64,000 bases of DNA, taken from Octopus vulgaris (lineage: Eukaryota). The notes beneath the pieces are model-generated. The model worked only from the letters and a program-made list of their open reading frames with translations. It was not told the origin of the DNA and searched no databases. The position numbers and the translations under genes were made by a program. Positions 13,017 through 27,285 of this stretch are shown in pieces; position 1 is the first letter of the stretch; every line of letters begins with the position of its first letter. The DNA is taken from NCBI GenBank assembly GCA_951406725.2, contig OX597826.1, positions 74,710,001 through 74,774,000 on the forward strand. The letters are read 5' to 3'.

Positions 13017-14179
13017 TCTCTATAGTTTTAGTGAGCGTGTGCGGTAGGTGATGGGGGGGGGGGACATGTTGGAGACGTGTCTTCGCTGATTTAATGACTT
13101 AATGACGGCTCAGCTTGACCAGTCTGACAAAGTTTATTTATCTACTTCGCTTCAATGAAATGTGTCTAATAATAATAACGATAACATCCCAAGAAGTTAA
13201 TGTCTGTAGCACCTGTTTTCTAGCCTGCGAATTCTCCCGGAGCTGGGAATCTGGGCGGAAGTCACTCGGTAATGTCTGGTGAAGAAGTAGTGCCTCTAGG
13301 TAGCGTTCTGAGAATCACTTTCATTTGATAGAGTGTTGTGAACCAGTGTTAATAGATTGAGTTTTTCGAAGCACTGACGCTACTTAGGGTCCTACGAAGC
13401 GGTGTTAAAAGTCCTCAGAAGTAGTGTCTCTTGTCAAGGGCTCGTGAAGCAGTATTATTAGGCAAAGAGCCTTGTGAAAAAGCTTTGTCAATATACTGTG
13501 TCTCACTACATAGAGTTATGTAGGCAACGAGAACTACAGCCCTGTCAGACTCGTTTCCTTTTTCTTTTTTCTATTTTTTTTTGTTTGTTCTCTTTCTTCT
13601 TTGTTAATACTGACATAAAATGTTACAATATAAGAGCATAACGATGGCGACCAGAAAATGGCAGAATTTCAGTTTTCAGCCTTAAAACGTTTTCTGTTGC
13701 CTTATACGTATGAGACGCATTATATATACAGAAAGCGATTGGTTAAAAATATTTGTAATGTGTGCCTGGTTGGGCACGTATCAACCGGAGAGACAAAACA
13801 CGAAAGAAACACACAAAGTTGTTTATAATAACTTATCTGTCAAGCATCTCCCTAATTGATACCCCGGGGACAAAAATTTAGAAAAAAAAAAACAAACATG
13901 GAATCTTTCCTTCAAACTAGTTCTAATGGCATTGAATATATTTTTTCAATGTTTGTATTGTATAAATTCCAGCGAAGACATGTAATTGTACTTAGTTCCA
14001 CTTGTATATTCTTAGTGTGTAGTTGATAGGAATCGCCGTAGAAAGTACATAGCTGTCACGTGCAACCGTTAAGACTATCTCTTAATTGGCCAAATGAGAA
14101 AAACATAAAAAAGATCGAAACATCAAATTTATTTTAAAATAGGTTATATTTTTACCGATGGTTCAATGAGTTTTGCTAC

Positions 14180-14700
14180 AGTAATCAATCAATCGAATCG
14201 GCTATTACTCTCCCACTGCTAAGTAAAGGCCTTCACTTTTATTCTCATAACATTCGAATTTGGTTTCTCGATCTCAAATTATTGTTAAATCTATCCAGCT
14301 CCTTCCTCCATTTTGTTAATTTTCGACCACTGTTTCTTTTGCAACCTTTCATTATTACCATTCTGTCTTCTTCTAGAACGTCCGCCCTAACTCCATTTCT
14401 GTGATTTTACGAACTTGATTTCGTTGTTTTATTTTCTTCCTACTTTGTGCCAAGCATAATGCGTTCGTCAGCTCTTCTAAGCTTGATTTCTTGGGGGTCT
14501 TTCGTCAAATTCCATATTTGTGCAACATAAGAATGGGATTGTTGGAAAGACGCATTCGTTGTTAAGCTCCACTTTTAAGACTTACTTCAAAAGGGAATGA
14601 GACTGTCTACCATCGTTTGACAAGGGCCTCAGCAACCAAATGCTGATCTTTACAATCGCACTGTCAAGTAATTGGGTATATCAAACATGACTGCGCATCA
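14180..14700 (-). mobile_element. Degenerate RTE-clade LINE 3' fragment
   Basis: Broken frames resembling LK..FN.CV.P and K..KW.W.GH..R, ending KAFT.QW with a (GATT)n tail. Confidence 0.5.
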
Positions 14701-17700
14701 ATATTCATAAAATACATTTAGAAGTTAGTTTCATCGCCCTAAGGCTGGATTTCAAATTTTGCCAGAGTCGAAAATATCTTTCCTTGTTCTTGGATCTACA
14801 AAATGAGAACTGGATTTAAAAATGATAAAAAAATTATTCCTATAAAAATTGGAGCCGTTCGTCGCCAATATTTGTTTTATGAAAAAAAACTTCTTTGGCT
14901 TCAGTTTGGGTTTTAAGCGTTCCAATCATGACCATCTCATTCTATTTTCTAATAATCTTTTGGGGATTGTACGGAGGGTTGTGTCCTTCCTTTTTGTTGG
15001 AGTCCCTCAAAAAGGTATTTGGCATTGTTGTTCCTCCTCTGACAAACACATGTAGAAATGAAGAATCGATATCTCTTGGATGAAAAATTTCACTCGTTTT
15101 AGTGCAAGAGGTATGGATGGTGTTCGGTGAGTGAAGATTGCGATTTGGTTTCAAACCTTGACTTTCGTCTCAAAGTAACCTTAAAAAGTGCATGAACGTC
15201 ATTTCCGCATCCACTTCCTTGAAATAAACTTTGAACAGAGACAAAAAAAAAAAAAAGAATATGTTAAAAACCATACTTTAGTATTCAACATTAATGTAAG
15301 TCAGCGAGCTGGCTGGCAGAATCGTTAACATTCCAGGCAAAATGCTTAGCGGCATTTCGACCGTCATTAAGTTCTGAGTTCAAATTCAGCTGAGGTCGAC
15401 TTTGCCTTTCATCCTTTCGGGGTCAATAAAATAAGTACCAGTCGAACACTGAAGTTGATGTAATTGACTAGCCCCCCGACCCCCCCCGCCGAAGCTGCTA
15501 ATCTTTCGTCAAAATTTGAAACCAATATTTTAACATTGATGTCAATTATTCAACCAGCCTTTCTATAAACAACGAATGTTTAGTCATAAGTATAGACTTC
15601 AATTGCTCACCAATCAGAGTAAAATCCTAAAAGGGAATTACGATATCATTTCCTTGTAATCTGCCGCGATTCTTGTTTGTTAGTCTTCGTTTTTTTTCCT
15701 TTTTTTCTTTTTCTCTTTACATTTTCATTTCGCCGCCATATTTATTTCTGATTAATCACGATATTTTGTCGTTTCAGTCATCTAATTTTATTCTGTTCTC
15801 CTTTATATTGCACTTCTGGCTTGAAAAGTAAATCTCCTTTGAGGGTAATAATGTTTAATAGGGCTGACCCCTATAATCCCCAGCTGTCAGCAAAACTTCA
15901 TCGCCAACCTCGAGCGCGTTTCAACATGACGCTGTCCACATCTGACAAAACTATCATTTGTCTACTTTTAACAATAACAACTATTCCTGGAACAGATTTT
16001 ATTTTAATTTCCCTGAGCTACATTTATTAAGATTTCCTTATCTTCAATGACAAGCATCCATTCCGCCAGAAAAATAACAGAATACATTGCAGAATAAACA
16101 AAAGTGGTTGTGGAAAAGTAAAGAGCTAGTTTCCCTGTTTAACCTCTTCCTGATTCAGTTTAGTTTGAGTGGTGATAAATGGCAGAGGCGAGCTGGGAAT
16201 CAAAGTCGAGATTGTTTTGATTTTCAGCTCTATTTCAATTTCCTTCACCTTACTAGTCCCCCCCCCGGGAAAAAAAGAAGAAGAAAAACAGAAGAAAAAA
16301 ACATGTAATTCATAAAATATCAATTTCCTGCCTTAACTATCCCGAGCTTTTGTTGTTATTGTGCTTCTTTTTTTTTTCTATGTAAAATATGTTAGGGTTT
16401 GAGGAATGTAAGAAAAAAAAAAAAAAAGACAAGTAGCGTCAAGTAGCGATAGACAAACACTTAGCGGTTCGGCAAAAGAGACCAATAGAATAAGTACTGG
16501 GCTTACAAAGAATAAGTCCTGGGGTCGATTTGCTCGACTAAAGGCGGTGCTCCAGCAGTCAAATGACTGAAACAAGTAAAAGAGTAAAGTGTAAAGAGAG
16601 TAGATTGATCATAGCGTTTTCTTTTCTTTCGTCAATACTTATTGCTTGGAGTTTAGGGTTGTACTGCGGCACACTGGCACATTCAAAAGGTGTACTACGT
16701 ACGGCACATTAAGGAACTATAAATTCATTTTCTATATGTGCTGCAAAATCTTGTAAAATTATTGGTTTCAAATTATGGTACAAGGCCAACAATTTCGGAG
16801 TGTTGGGGGGGGGGGTCATCAATCCCAGTGCTCAACAGGTGCTTATTTTATCGATCCCGAAAGAATGAAAGGCAAAGTCAACATCGGTGGAATTTGAACT
16901 CAGAACGTAGCGACGGGCGAAATGCCGCTAAGCATTTTGCCCGGCATGCAAACATTTCTTCCATCTCAGTGCCTTTATACCTTGTAAATATATGGCCTTT
17001 ATGCAAGCCTTTTGTTCAGTATTCTAGTTTATTTAGGCAAAAACTGGTTTATTATTTCGATGTTTATTCCACTGGGAAAGACTAGGACATTTTAATCGAC
17101 TGTGGCCCGCCCCAAATATGTTGCCTTGTTCCAATGTTACAAATCATTACCTAACTTAGATGGTTAGATTAAACTTTAAGGAGACGAGTCAAATTTCTGT
17201 AAAACCGAGTTCGCGAGTCGGAGTTGCTTTCAATTTTATCATTCGTGGAAAATATGAATGTACAATTTGTGATTAGCCTACCTTGAAAATGATCAAAGTT
17301 TATATTTGTGTTCTTAAGTTTGCTGAGTGGGTTCAAACCCAGGTCCAACCCAAGATGTTCAAAGCATTTTCATTGTCCCACTCCACCAAAAAACATTTTA
17401 GGGGTAACGCTTGCAACACCTGTTTCTGAGCTTATGTTCCGAAACTAAAAGGGCTATAAAAATCGGTTCTTACTTTTGGTTTTTGTTACGTTTCGCGATA
17501 AAGGATATGTGATTCTTTAAATGGAATGTTAATCAGGCCACATTGCTCATGATAAGGATCGAACTCAGCCCTGCATTGCAGTGAAATATTTGCCCATTGG
17601 TAAGTTATATCACAATTGGTGGCCACCGTGGTACCAATCACTGGTCAACGAAGGAGGGGGAACCTATAAGTGGTCACTTCTTTTTTACTTAAAATAGCAG

Positions 17701-17981
17701 CCAAATCTTTCTCAAAGAGCATCTTACTGTCTTCAAGGAAAATCAAACAGGGTTGTATTGTGCAAGAAACACTACCACTGAAAAACAAGTTGTATAGCCG
17801 TGGCTTGAATACTGTTCACCATAGATCTGACGTTGTGCGCTGACTTGGGGGCAAAAAAAGAACCCTGACACTGTCGGTTACGGTGATGAGGGTTCCAATT
17901 GATCCAATCAGTGGAACAGCTTGGTCATAAAATTAATGTGCAAGTGACTGAGCACTCCACAGACATGCACACTCTTAATGT

Positions 17982-18295
17982 GTGGAGGTACATGGCCTAG
18001 TGGTTAGAGCAGCGGACTCGCGGGCAAGGGATCACGGGTTCGAATCTCAGACCGGGCGATATGTGTGTTTATGAGCGAAACACCTAAGCTCCACGCGGCT
18101 CCGGCAGAAGGTAATGGCGAACTTCTGCTGACTCTTTCGCCACAACTTTCTCTCTCTCTTTCCTCCTGCGTCTAGCAGCTCACCTGCGACGGACCGGCGT
18201 CCCGGCCAGGTGGGGAACCTATACGCCAAGAAACCGGGAAACCGGCCCTTATGAGCCAGGCGTGGCTCGAGAAGGAACAAGCAACAACAACAACG
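17982..18295 (+). mobile_element. Young tRNA-derived SINE with (CAA)n tail, nested in an older SINE (17868-18500, minus)
   Basis: A box tggcctagtgg, B box ggttcgaatct. 10-bp TSD ctcttaatgt at 17972-17981 and 18296-18305. Confidence 0.85.
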
Positions 18296-19259
18296 CTCTT
18301 AATGTAGTTATTAGGGAGATTCAGTGTGACACAGAATGTGACAAGACTGGCCCCTTTGAAATAGAGAGGCTACTCATTTTTGCCAGCTGAGGGAACTGGA
18401 GAAGCGCAAAATAAAGTGTCTTGCCCAAGGACACAACGCGTCATCGGGAATCGAATTCACGACCTTACGATTGTAAGCCGAACAGCCTAATCACAAATCT
18501 TCGCTACCTGCAATGAACGACAACTAGAAACTACACTCAGCTGTCTTCGTTCTCATTGTGTAAGGAAGAATTGTTCAGGGAAGTTATGGCGGCGGAGTAT
18601 TGCACTTGATGTCATGGCGGTAATTAACGCTGTTTTACTATGAAATCTTACCGAAGACAACTTCTTTCGGGGCCAAACGGTTTAAATAAGTTACACTCTG
18701 TTCAACTGGCCAAAATTCAATCCTTTGCGAAACGAAATCCGAGCTGGTTTTATTTGTTGTTTATTAACTTTTCTTATCAAATCATTTGTCCTTTTGTTTT
18801 GTTTGATACAGAATAAAATGAAGAAAAACAAAACAAAACAAAAAAAAGGACTTGTTATGACACAGAGTGGAACTCTAGACAAGGCTTGATGATAAGAATG
18901 ATAATGATGATGATGATGATGACGACGACGACGACGATGATGATGATAATAGGGTGGTGATGATGATGATGATGATAATGATAATCGTCATCTTCATGAT
19001 GACGTCGACGACGAAAGCGATGGAGTATAATTTAGTTTACGAGAGTAAATGAATCTTAGTGACGATAATTAAATATATAAACATTAAGAAAAAAAAATGA
19101 TTATATAGAGAAATTGCCTCGTGATGACATCTTGACTAAACACCATAGAATTGTGATTTTAAAAGAAAATATACGAAATAAAGAGATAATAACATATATA
19201 ATTTCTTTTTTCTAACGCTTAGAGACATCAGATTAATCTGCTTTCATTTTTAATTTCTA

Positions 19260-19686
19260 CTAGCAGTATCGCCCGGCGTTGCTCGGGTTTGTTTCGACCC
19301 TTTAGAATTGGAATTTTTGAAAATCGACCCTTTAGAATTGGAATTTTTGAAAAGTAAAAATCTTGCATTATGTAGCTTGTTATTCTCTTTAAGTGAACAT
19401 TTTTCTGGTTGAAATACACCGGAAAATGGAGACACAGCAGTAAAAATATCGTAAAAAATAGGGATTTTCATAGAAAAAAAAGCACCTTTTTGATGTAAAT
19501 AATTTTTGGTGTTAACATGGTCCGATTAAAATTTTTTCTTCTACAGAAGGAAAAGCAAGCCTTCTTCTATCATACTCTAAATTTTGGTCAACTTGCGCCG
19601 CAGGGTCTCGGAGGAGATAGTGTTAGTTGAAGGCTACCAAACCTGCCATACACAGACAACTTCAGCTTTATATATAAAGAGAGAGA
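19260..19686 (-). mobile_element. Non-autonomous Helitron
   Basis: On the minus strand: A|TC start, hairpin cccgagcaacgccggg, CTAG|T end. Confidence 0.85.
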
Positions 19687-19992
19687 TTTCTTTTTTCTAA
19701 CGCTTAGAGCCATCGGATTAGTTTGCTTTCATTTTTAATTTCTATTGGTTGACCGGGTTCAAAGTCATTTTACTAAAACTGATTATTTAATGCTCACAGA
19801 AATGATGATGATGATGATGATGATGATGATGTAAACGTAGTTATTTAAAAGCTCTTTCCCTCCGCCACCACCACCACTTTCCACACTTCTCCACCTTCCC
19901 TTTCCATACCCCCTCCCTCGCCCCCCCCACACACTTTTTGCTCGAACAAAATTTTGTTTGTGTTCTTTGTTTTTTGTTGCCGTTTAATGCAG

Positions 19993-20203
19993 GAATCGGC
20001 TCGTCTCAGTTCCATACTGGTTTCTGAGTTCAGGAAAGCTATCAAGACCACACACACAGCCCGAGAGTTGATACGACTATTTGCAGGCAAGGACGCCACC
20101 AGGGAGCAGATTGATCGCATACTCGGCTACGAGCTAGAACGCACATACTCAGACAGAGGACGGTTTCCACGCATGATGAGTGGCTACGATGACGTTATAT
20201 CAG
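19993..20203 (+). CDS. PVF: PDGF/VEGF-related factor (PVF), internal exon encoding the N-terminal propeptide region
   Basis: tgcag acceptor ends at 19992 and donor is TCAG|gtgagg. The open frame reads ESARLSSILV...RGRFPRMMSGYDDVIS-G. Its phase-1 end joins the exon at 25907 in frame (G|GA). Confidence 0.8.
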
Positions 20204-20323
20204 GTGAGGATTGAACCCTTGTCATTTGAAGTTTTCACTGATTTTACTATCTACTAATGCTGTTGCTAGTTTGTTTCTTATTTACTTTTTTTTAAAATCT
20301 TACATACATGTTATAAATCTTTT

Positions 20324-20900
20324 AAGGTGGCGAGCTGGCAGAAACGTTAGCACGCCGGGCGAAATGCCTAGGGGTATTTCGTCTGACGCTACGTTCTGAG
20401 TTCAAATTTCGCCGAGGTCGACTTTGCCTTTCATCCTTTCGGAGTCGATAAATTAAGTACCAGTTACGCACTGGGGTCAATGTAATCGATTTAATCCCTT
20501 TGTCTGTCCTTGTTTGTCCTCTCTGTGTTTAGCCCCTTGTGGGTAGTAAAGAAATAGGTATTTCGTCTGGCGCTACGTTCTGAGTTCAAATTCAGCCGAG
20601 GTCGATAAATTAAGTACCAGTTACGCACTGGGGTCAATGTAATCGATTTAATCCCTTTGTCTGCCCTTGTTTGTCCTCTCTGTGTTTAGCCCCTTGTGGG
20701 TAGTAAAGAAATAGGTATTTCGTCTGGCGCTACGTTCTGAGTTCAAATTCTGCCGAAGTCGACTTTGCCTTTCATCCTTTCGGGGTCGATAAATTAAGTA
20801 CCAGTTACACACTGGGGTCGATATAATCGACTTAATCCCTTTGTCTGTCCTTGTTTGTCCTCTCTATGTTTAGCCCCTTGTGGGCAATAAAGAAATAAGA
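20324..20900 (+). mobile_element. SINE family A, head plus three tandem body units
   Basis: Units restart at gtatttcgtctg (20374, 20558, 20714). Flanking direct repeat atcttttaa. Confidence 0.85.
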
Positions 20901-21858
20901 TCTTTTAATGAGGCGAAATGGCAGAACAGTAGCGCGCTGGACAAAGTACTTAGCGGCATTTCGTCCGTCCTTACGTTCTGAGTTCAAATTCCGCCTAAGT
21001 ACACTGTGCTTGTCATCCTTTTCGGGGTCAATGAAATAAGTTCCGGCTGAGCACTCGGCTCGATACAACCGACTTAACTTGTGCCAAAATTTGAAGCCAT
21101 TATTGTTATACCTTTAAAGGTAGTAAGCTGACAGGATCGTTAGCGCTCCGAATAAAATTCTCAGCGATATTTCATCCATCTTTACGTCCGAGTTCCACTT
21201 CCGACTTTGCCTTTCATCCTTTTTGGGGGTCTACGTAAACAACGTAGCACTCACCATTTCCTTGTTGGTCTTGTGCCAAAATTTTAAACCAATCCATGTT
21301 ATAGTTTTTTTTTCTTAAGGCGGACAAAATGCTTAGCGACATTTCTTTCGGCTTTATGTTCTGCGTTCAAAGTCGAATTTATCCTTCATCGTTTCGGAGT
21401 ACCGGTGCTTGTGTATTATATTAGAGAAAAATACATTGTATATGTTAAAGCTATTTTTTGTTATTACTACGCTTTTACCGGGACAGCGAGCTGGAAGAAC
21501 CGTTTGCACGCCGGATGAGGTGCTTAGCGGCATTTCGTTCGTCTTCGCGTTCTGAGTTCAAATTCTGCAGAGGTCAATTTTTGTCTTTCGTCCATTCAAA
21601 GAACAATAGCAACCCAAAGAAAATTTGAGTTTTGATATCTGTTCCCACATCATTAATTGAGAAGACATTATTATTATTTTTTTTTTTTTTTTTTTTTTTT
21701 TTTTCCTACCCGATCACATTTTGCATTCATTAGCACGAGGCAGAAAGGGTGGCAACATTGATCAGTTGATAAGTTGTGATTGGTTTTTAGTAATTCCTGC
21801 CCCCCCCCCCACGACTGCAGCTTTGAAGCTGAAACGAATTTAAAGATTGAAAGTAATA

Positions 21859-22430
<572 letters not shown>

Positions 22431-22872
22431 ACAGATAAAATTATAATCGGCGTGCTGACAGGCAGTCAAACAGCCCCCTACATAATCCCGATCGCCTACA
22501 TTCCGACATTCTGCATAAATATGTGAGTGAGCAGAAAAGGAAAGAAGCAAAAAAAAAAAAAAAAAAAATTTAGTAATGTATTCAGGAAATTAAGGCGGAT
22601 GTAAGACGAATGAATGGAAGAGGAATGATGAGTCTGGAGCCAAGTTTGTCTTCGGTTTGCTTGATTAGTTTTGCGTTAATAACAATTGAAACGTTGGTGA
22701 TTGGCTACATCCGTACAACCTCGGCCAAAACAGATGCCAAGATTGTAAATGTAGGTTTGTGTGCGCGCGTGCACATGCATATATATATATAAAGACATGC
22801 ACAGAAGGAAAGAAACAGAGCACTTCCAAATTACGCGTGTATATACGTATTCATGCATATATACGTATATAC

Positions 22873-22947
<75 letters not shown>

Positions 22948-23081
22948 TAAATCCATAACTATATATATATATATGTATGTATGTTGTATATATATATATA
23001 TAAAATTATTGATTGTACTTTAGTCTTTTCCACCGTATGAACAATTGAGAGGTACTCAATATGCATACATGCATACACGCG

Positions 23082-23113
<32 letters not shown>

Positions 23114-23123
23114 CATACATATA

Positions 23124-23222
<99 letters not shown>

Positions 23223-25477
23223 TATATTATATTATCTCTGTTGAAATTGGGTCATTTGGTGTGGCCTACATTCAGAGGTATTGCTCGATACAAATGTAGA
23301 CTTTCATGTAGGTATTTGTATTTAGAAATTGTCACACCGATCTGGACCAATATTTGTCTTTTTGAAGTTCATTGAACATTATCGATATCAGACGAAGCAA
23401 TCGTTGTGTCAGTTTCTGAATTCCTGCGTGCGTGTGGGGAGGAGAGTTGTCCGTGTTTGTGTATATGCGTATGTACGTACTTGTGTCAGTGTGTGTGTAT
23501 AGGAAATTGAATTTGAACGTGTAACCGTGAAATGGAAAACAACAAATTAAACATACAACACCTCTCGTCAGCTATGGTGGCAAGAGGCAATGCAGTTTTT
23601 GCGTTTTAAGTCTCTAAAGATTATTAATTCCATGTTGCTGCTCCTTTGGTTGCACCAATGGGAGTTCATATTACTAAAGTCTGAGATGCTGCAAGTAAAT
23701 GCTTAGATTCCTCCCCAACTGGCACACTTCATTTTCCAGCCGATTTCCCTCACCCCATGCTGCTTTCTGCGGGCCACAGAAACTGTGTTGCGGTCTACGA
23801 TTGTATACAGTTTTCTCAATGTCGACACAGTAAACAGAAATGTCAATGGAGGTTCAGTAAGTGGAGCTGAAGACGTGTGTGTCCGTGTGTGTTTGTGTGT
23901 GTGTGTGTATGCGTGTGTGTGTGTGTGTATGCGTGTGTGTGTGTGTGTCAGTGTTTGTGTTTGTGTGTGTATGTGCGTGCGTGTGGGTAAATGCATTTAT
24001 AAGACCTTATAAAATATTACGTCCACAGGAGTATTTGGATGTTTAAGGAGAAAATTTGGTGTGACATTTTAAAATGTTGAACTTGGAAAATATACGTAAG
24101 CACACACACACACACACACGCACACACACATCAGCATATTCTCATACGTCAATTTGAGACAATTTCCGGAACTCGAACCACACACACACACACACTTATC
24201 CTTTGCAGAGCATCTAAGTTGTCTCCCATTCATACTCTCTGTCATTTTCTCTCCCATGTCTCTCTCTTACCTGTTGCTTTTATATTTTTTTAAATTTATA
24301 ATTATGCTCCTTATTAAGTTTGCAATATAATTGCTATGCTAATTAATGCAGTAGGACAGATTCAAGTCTCTGTGTAAACGATATATTTAATTTCAAATTT
24401 TGGCGCAAGGCTACCAACTTCGGGGCCGTGGTTTAGTCGATTATATCTCCCCCGGAGTTCAATTCGTACTTAATTTATCGACTTCGAACGAATGAAAGGT
24501 ATTTTATCGACCCCAGCGGGATTTGGATTCAGAACTGGAAAACGTGTTGCCGCTAAACATTTAGCCCAGTTTGCGCGTGCGTATCTGTCTGTCTGTATTT
24601 GTCCCCCAACCACAGCTTCACAACCGGTGTTGGTGTGTTTATGTCCCCGCAACCTAGCGGTTCAGCAAATGAAATGCCTATTTCTTTACTACCCACAAAG
24701 GGCTACACACAGAGAGGACAAACAAGGACAGACAAACGGATTAAGTCGATTACATCGACCCCAGTGCATCACTGGTACTTAATTTATCGACCCCGAAAGG
24801 ATGAAAGGCAAAGTCGACCTCGGCAGAATTTGAACTCAGAACGTAATGGCAGACGAAATACCGCTAAGCATTTCGCCCGGCGTGCTAACGTTTCTGCCAG
24901 CTGGCTGCTTTTCAGCAAATGAAATACCACGCTTGAATAAACACCACGCTTGAAAAATAAGAACTGGGGTCGATTCAGTCGACTAAAATTCCTCAAGGTG
25001 ATGCCTCCGCATGGCCGCAATGTAATCTAAATATTAATAACATACATTTACTCCACACACAATTGCTGTCTCTTTCGTGACATGCTGTATCCATCATTTA
25101 GACATCATTTCCTCTACGCTTGCAGTCAGAGGGAAATGGCCGTTGTAAATGTCTTACCCCTGTGAAGGACATTAACTGCATAAAAGAACTCTTTCTAAGC
25201 TTAGTAATTATTCTATCGGTCTCTTTTGCCGAACCGCTAAGTTACGGTGATGTAAACACATCAGCATCGGTTGTCAAGCGATGTTGGGAGGCAAACACGG
25301 ACACACAAACATATATACACACACACACACACACACATATACATATATACGACGGGCTTCTTTCAGTTTCCGTCTACCAAATCCACTCACAAGGCTTTGG
25401 TCGGCCCGAGGCTATAGTAAAGCACAATCGATGACAGATAAGCTTGGATATCGAATCAATAGGTAACTTAATCTTTA

Positions 25478-25751
25478 TACTTACTTGTGTACTTGTGACG
25501 GCGTTCACCCAGGGTGGGTTGAGCCGGCTTCCTCTCCGTTCCTAACGGCATCACGAGCCATGGTGGCGCACGCTAACCAGGTCCTGTGCGAGATCACTGG
25601 AGATAGCGAGCCATTCGCAATTCCATCTGAGCAGACCGACCACCTGCGGACCTGAGGGTTCGGAGAGATCCACCTTTATCGTCGTTGCCCAGGTCTTCAG
25701 CTGCCCGCCCTTGCGTTTGCGCCAGCTGGGAAGTGGCGGTGGGAGGAGGAC
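25478..25751 (-). mobile_element. 5'-truncated RTE-clade LINE
   Basis: Minus frame LPSWRKRKGGQLKTWATTIKVDLSEPSGPQVVGLLRWNCEWLAISSDLAQD, a caagta-type tail, and flanking aatctt repeats. Confidence 0.75.
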
Positions 25752-25906
25752 AATCTTAATATTTATTCGATCTTAATCAAATGTTATTAAAACTTCCATT
25801 TATTTTCCGGTACGTATTCTTTTCAGTTTGTTATGTCATATCCAAGAGACGATCTTCGTAGTCTTGTACCGATTGGCTAAAGCTTGTCTATTTTCTTTTA
25901 TTTCAG

Positions 25907-26136
25907 GACTGGACAAAGCGTTGTCGCATGTTCAAGAGATGACGTCATCGCCGTTGCATAGATGTAAACATCCTCGACCAGAAATTGTCTATATTCAAGA
26001 CAACGAAGCTAAAAATCGTGTCTATTTCCCATCATGCACAGTCATCCATCGATGCCGTAATGTAACCGGATGTTGTTCGAATGCCTCGGCTGTGTGCGGA
26101 CCAAAGAGGGTGAAGATCATTAGCAAATATTTTGTG
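25907..26136 (+). CDS. PVF: PVF exon, cystine-knot domain first part
   Basis: tttcag acceptor, GTG|gtgaga donor. Encodes HRCKHPRP...YFPSCTVIHRCRNVTGCCSNASAVCGP, the P-x-C...RC...GCC...C-x-P PDGF/VEGF signature. Confidence 0.95.
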
Positions 26137-26237
26137 GTGAGAGCACTGTTCTCTCATTCTTTCTTTCTCTAAGCTTCCGCTATATGTCTCTAACCACGCA
26201 TACACACACATTCATATGTATGTGTGTACATGTAAAC

Positions 26238-26305
<68 letters not shown>

Positions 26306-26400
26306 TCGCTCTTTATGAGTGTGTGTTATATATTCGCCATGTTGGACCGCTGAAATCTACAAGTGTTTTTTTCATTCTCTCTGTTTATTTTTTCTTATTC

Positions 26401-26431
26401 CTTTCTGTTGAAGAACGTTGGCTCGAAACGT
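26401..26431 (+). ncRNA. Degenerate, 3'-truncated hammerhead motif
   Basis: CTGTTGA-A-GAAC-GTTG-GCTC-GAAA-CGT followed by (TG)n. Has A6U and no 3' stem I strand. Confidence 0.4.
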
Positions 26432-26547
26432 GTGTGTGTGTGTGTATGAACTGGCACTCCGTCGGTTACGACGACTAGGGTTCCAGTTGATCCGATAATA
26501 GAACAGCCTGTCTATGAAATTAACGTGCAAATGGCTGAGCTCTTCGC

Positions 26548-26611
<64 letters not shown>

Positions 26612-26686
26612 GTTGTTGTTGTTGTTGTTAATGTCCGATGATGGTTAGATATATATTTAGATATAAGCTGAAATTTGTTTTTACAG

Positions 26687-26805
26687 GTTTTGGATTTGAC
26701 AGACAAAAAGCCCGAAACTGCCAATTTAAATTCCAAAATGGTAGAAGTACGAAAATTTATGAACCACACAGAGTGTGAATGTAAAGAAATAATAAAACTA
26801 CCCGG
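26687..26805 (+). CDS. PVF: PVF exon, cystine-knot domain second part (missed by ORF track)
   Basis: ttacag acceptor, GG|gtatgt donor. Translates VLDLTDKKPETANLNSKMVEVRKFMNHTECECKEIIKLP with the NHTxCxC motif that ends PDGF/VEGF domains. Phases match both neighbours. Confidence 0.95.
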
Positions 26806-27235
26806 GTATGTTTTTATTTTTGTTTATATCGGATTGGTTTTTGTTTTGTTTTAGATGTTGGGGGGGGGGGATATGCTCCTTTCTAGGGACCCTAAGACAG
26901 ATAGAAGGAAGGGGAAGAACCGGCCTAGTTGTTTGTTTTTGAAGAAGATTGGACCGTTATTTATATCAGTTAAAGCGACCACATAGAGGCTTGTTTGTGA
27001 GAGTCTATAGGTAATTATTTAGGGTGTATAGGTATGAGTATGTTACATGGACATGCGGAATGAGCCGAGTGGGCGTGGGTGTTTGGATACTGGCGATTTG
27101 GCACAGCTGACTGGAGACTGAATCTGTCTTTGCGATGACTCATTTGGCGAGAGTACATTTTGGCGCTAGTGCCAAATACACGCCCGCACACCACACGCGC
27201 AGAAATATACGCATATAGCTAGAGAGGGCGAGAGC

Positions 27236-27285
<50 letters not shown>

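Noticed and set aside
13644-13712. PVF first coding exon (ATG GCA GAA...AC|gtatga)
   Set aside because: The donor would be phase 2 while exon 19993 needs phase 0, and there is no hydrophobic signal peptide.
17982-18060. tRNA gene (also 35775, 43915, 53060, 53235)
   Set aside because: A/B boxes are present, but there is no proper acceptor stem and each continues into a SINE body.
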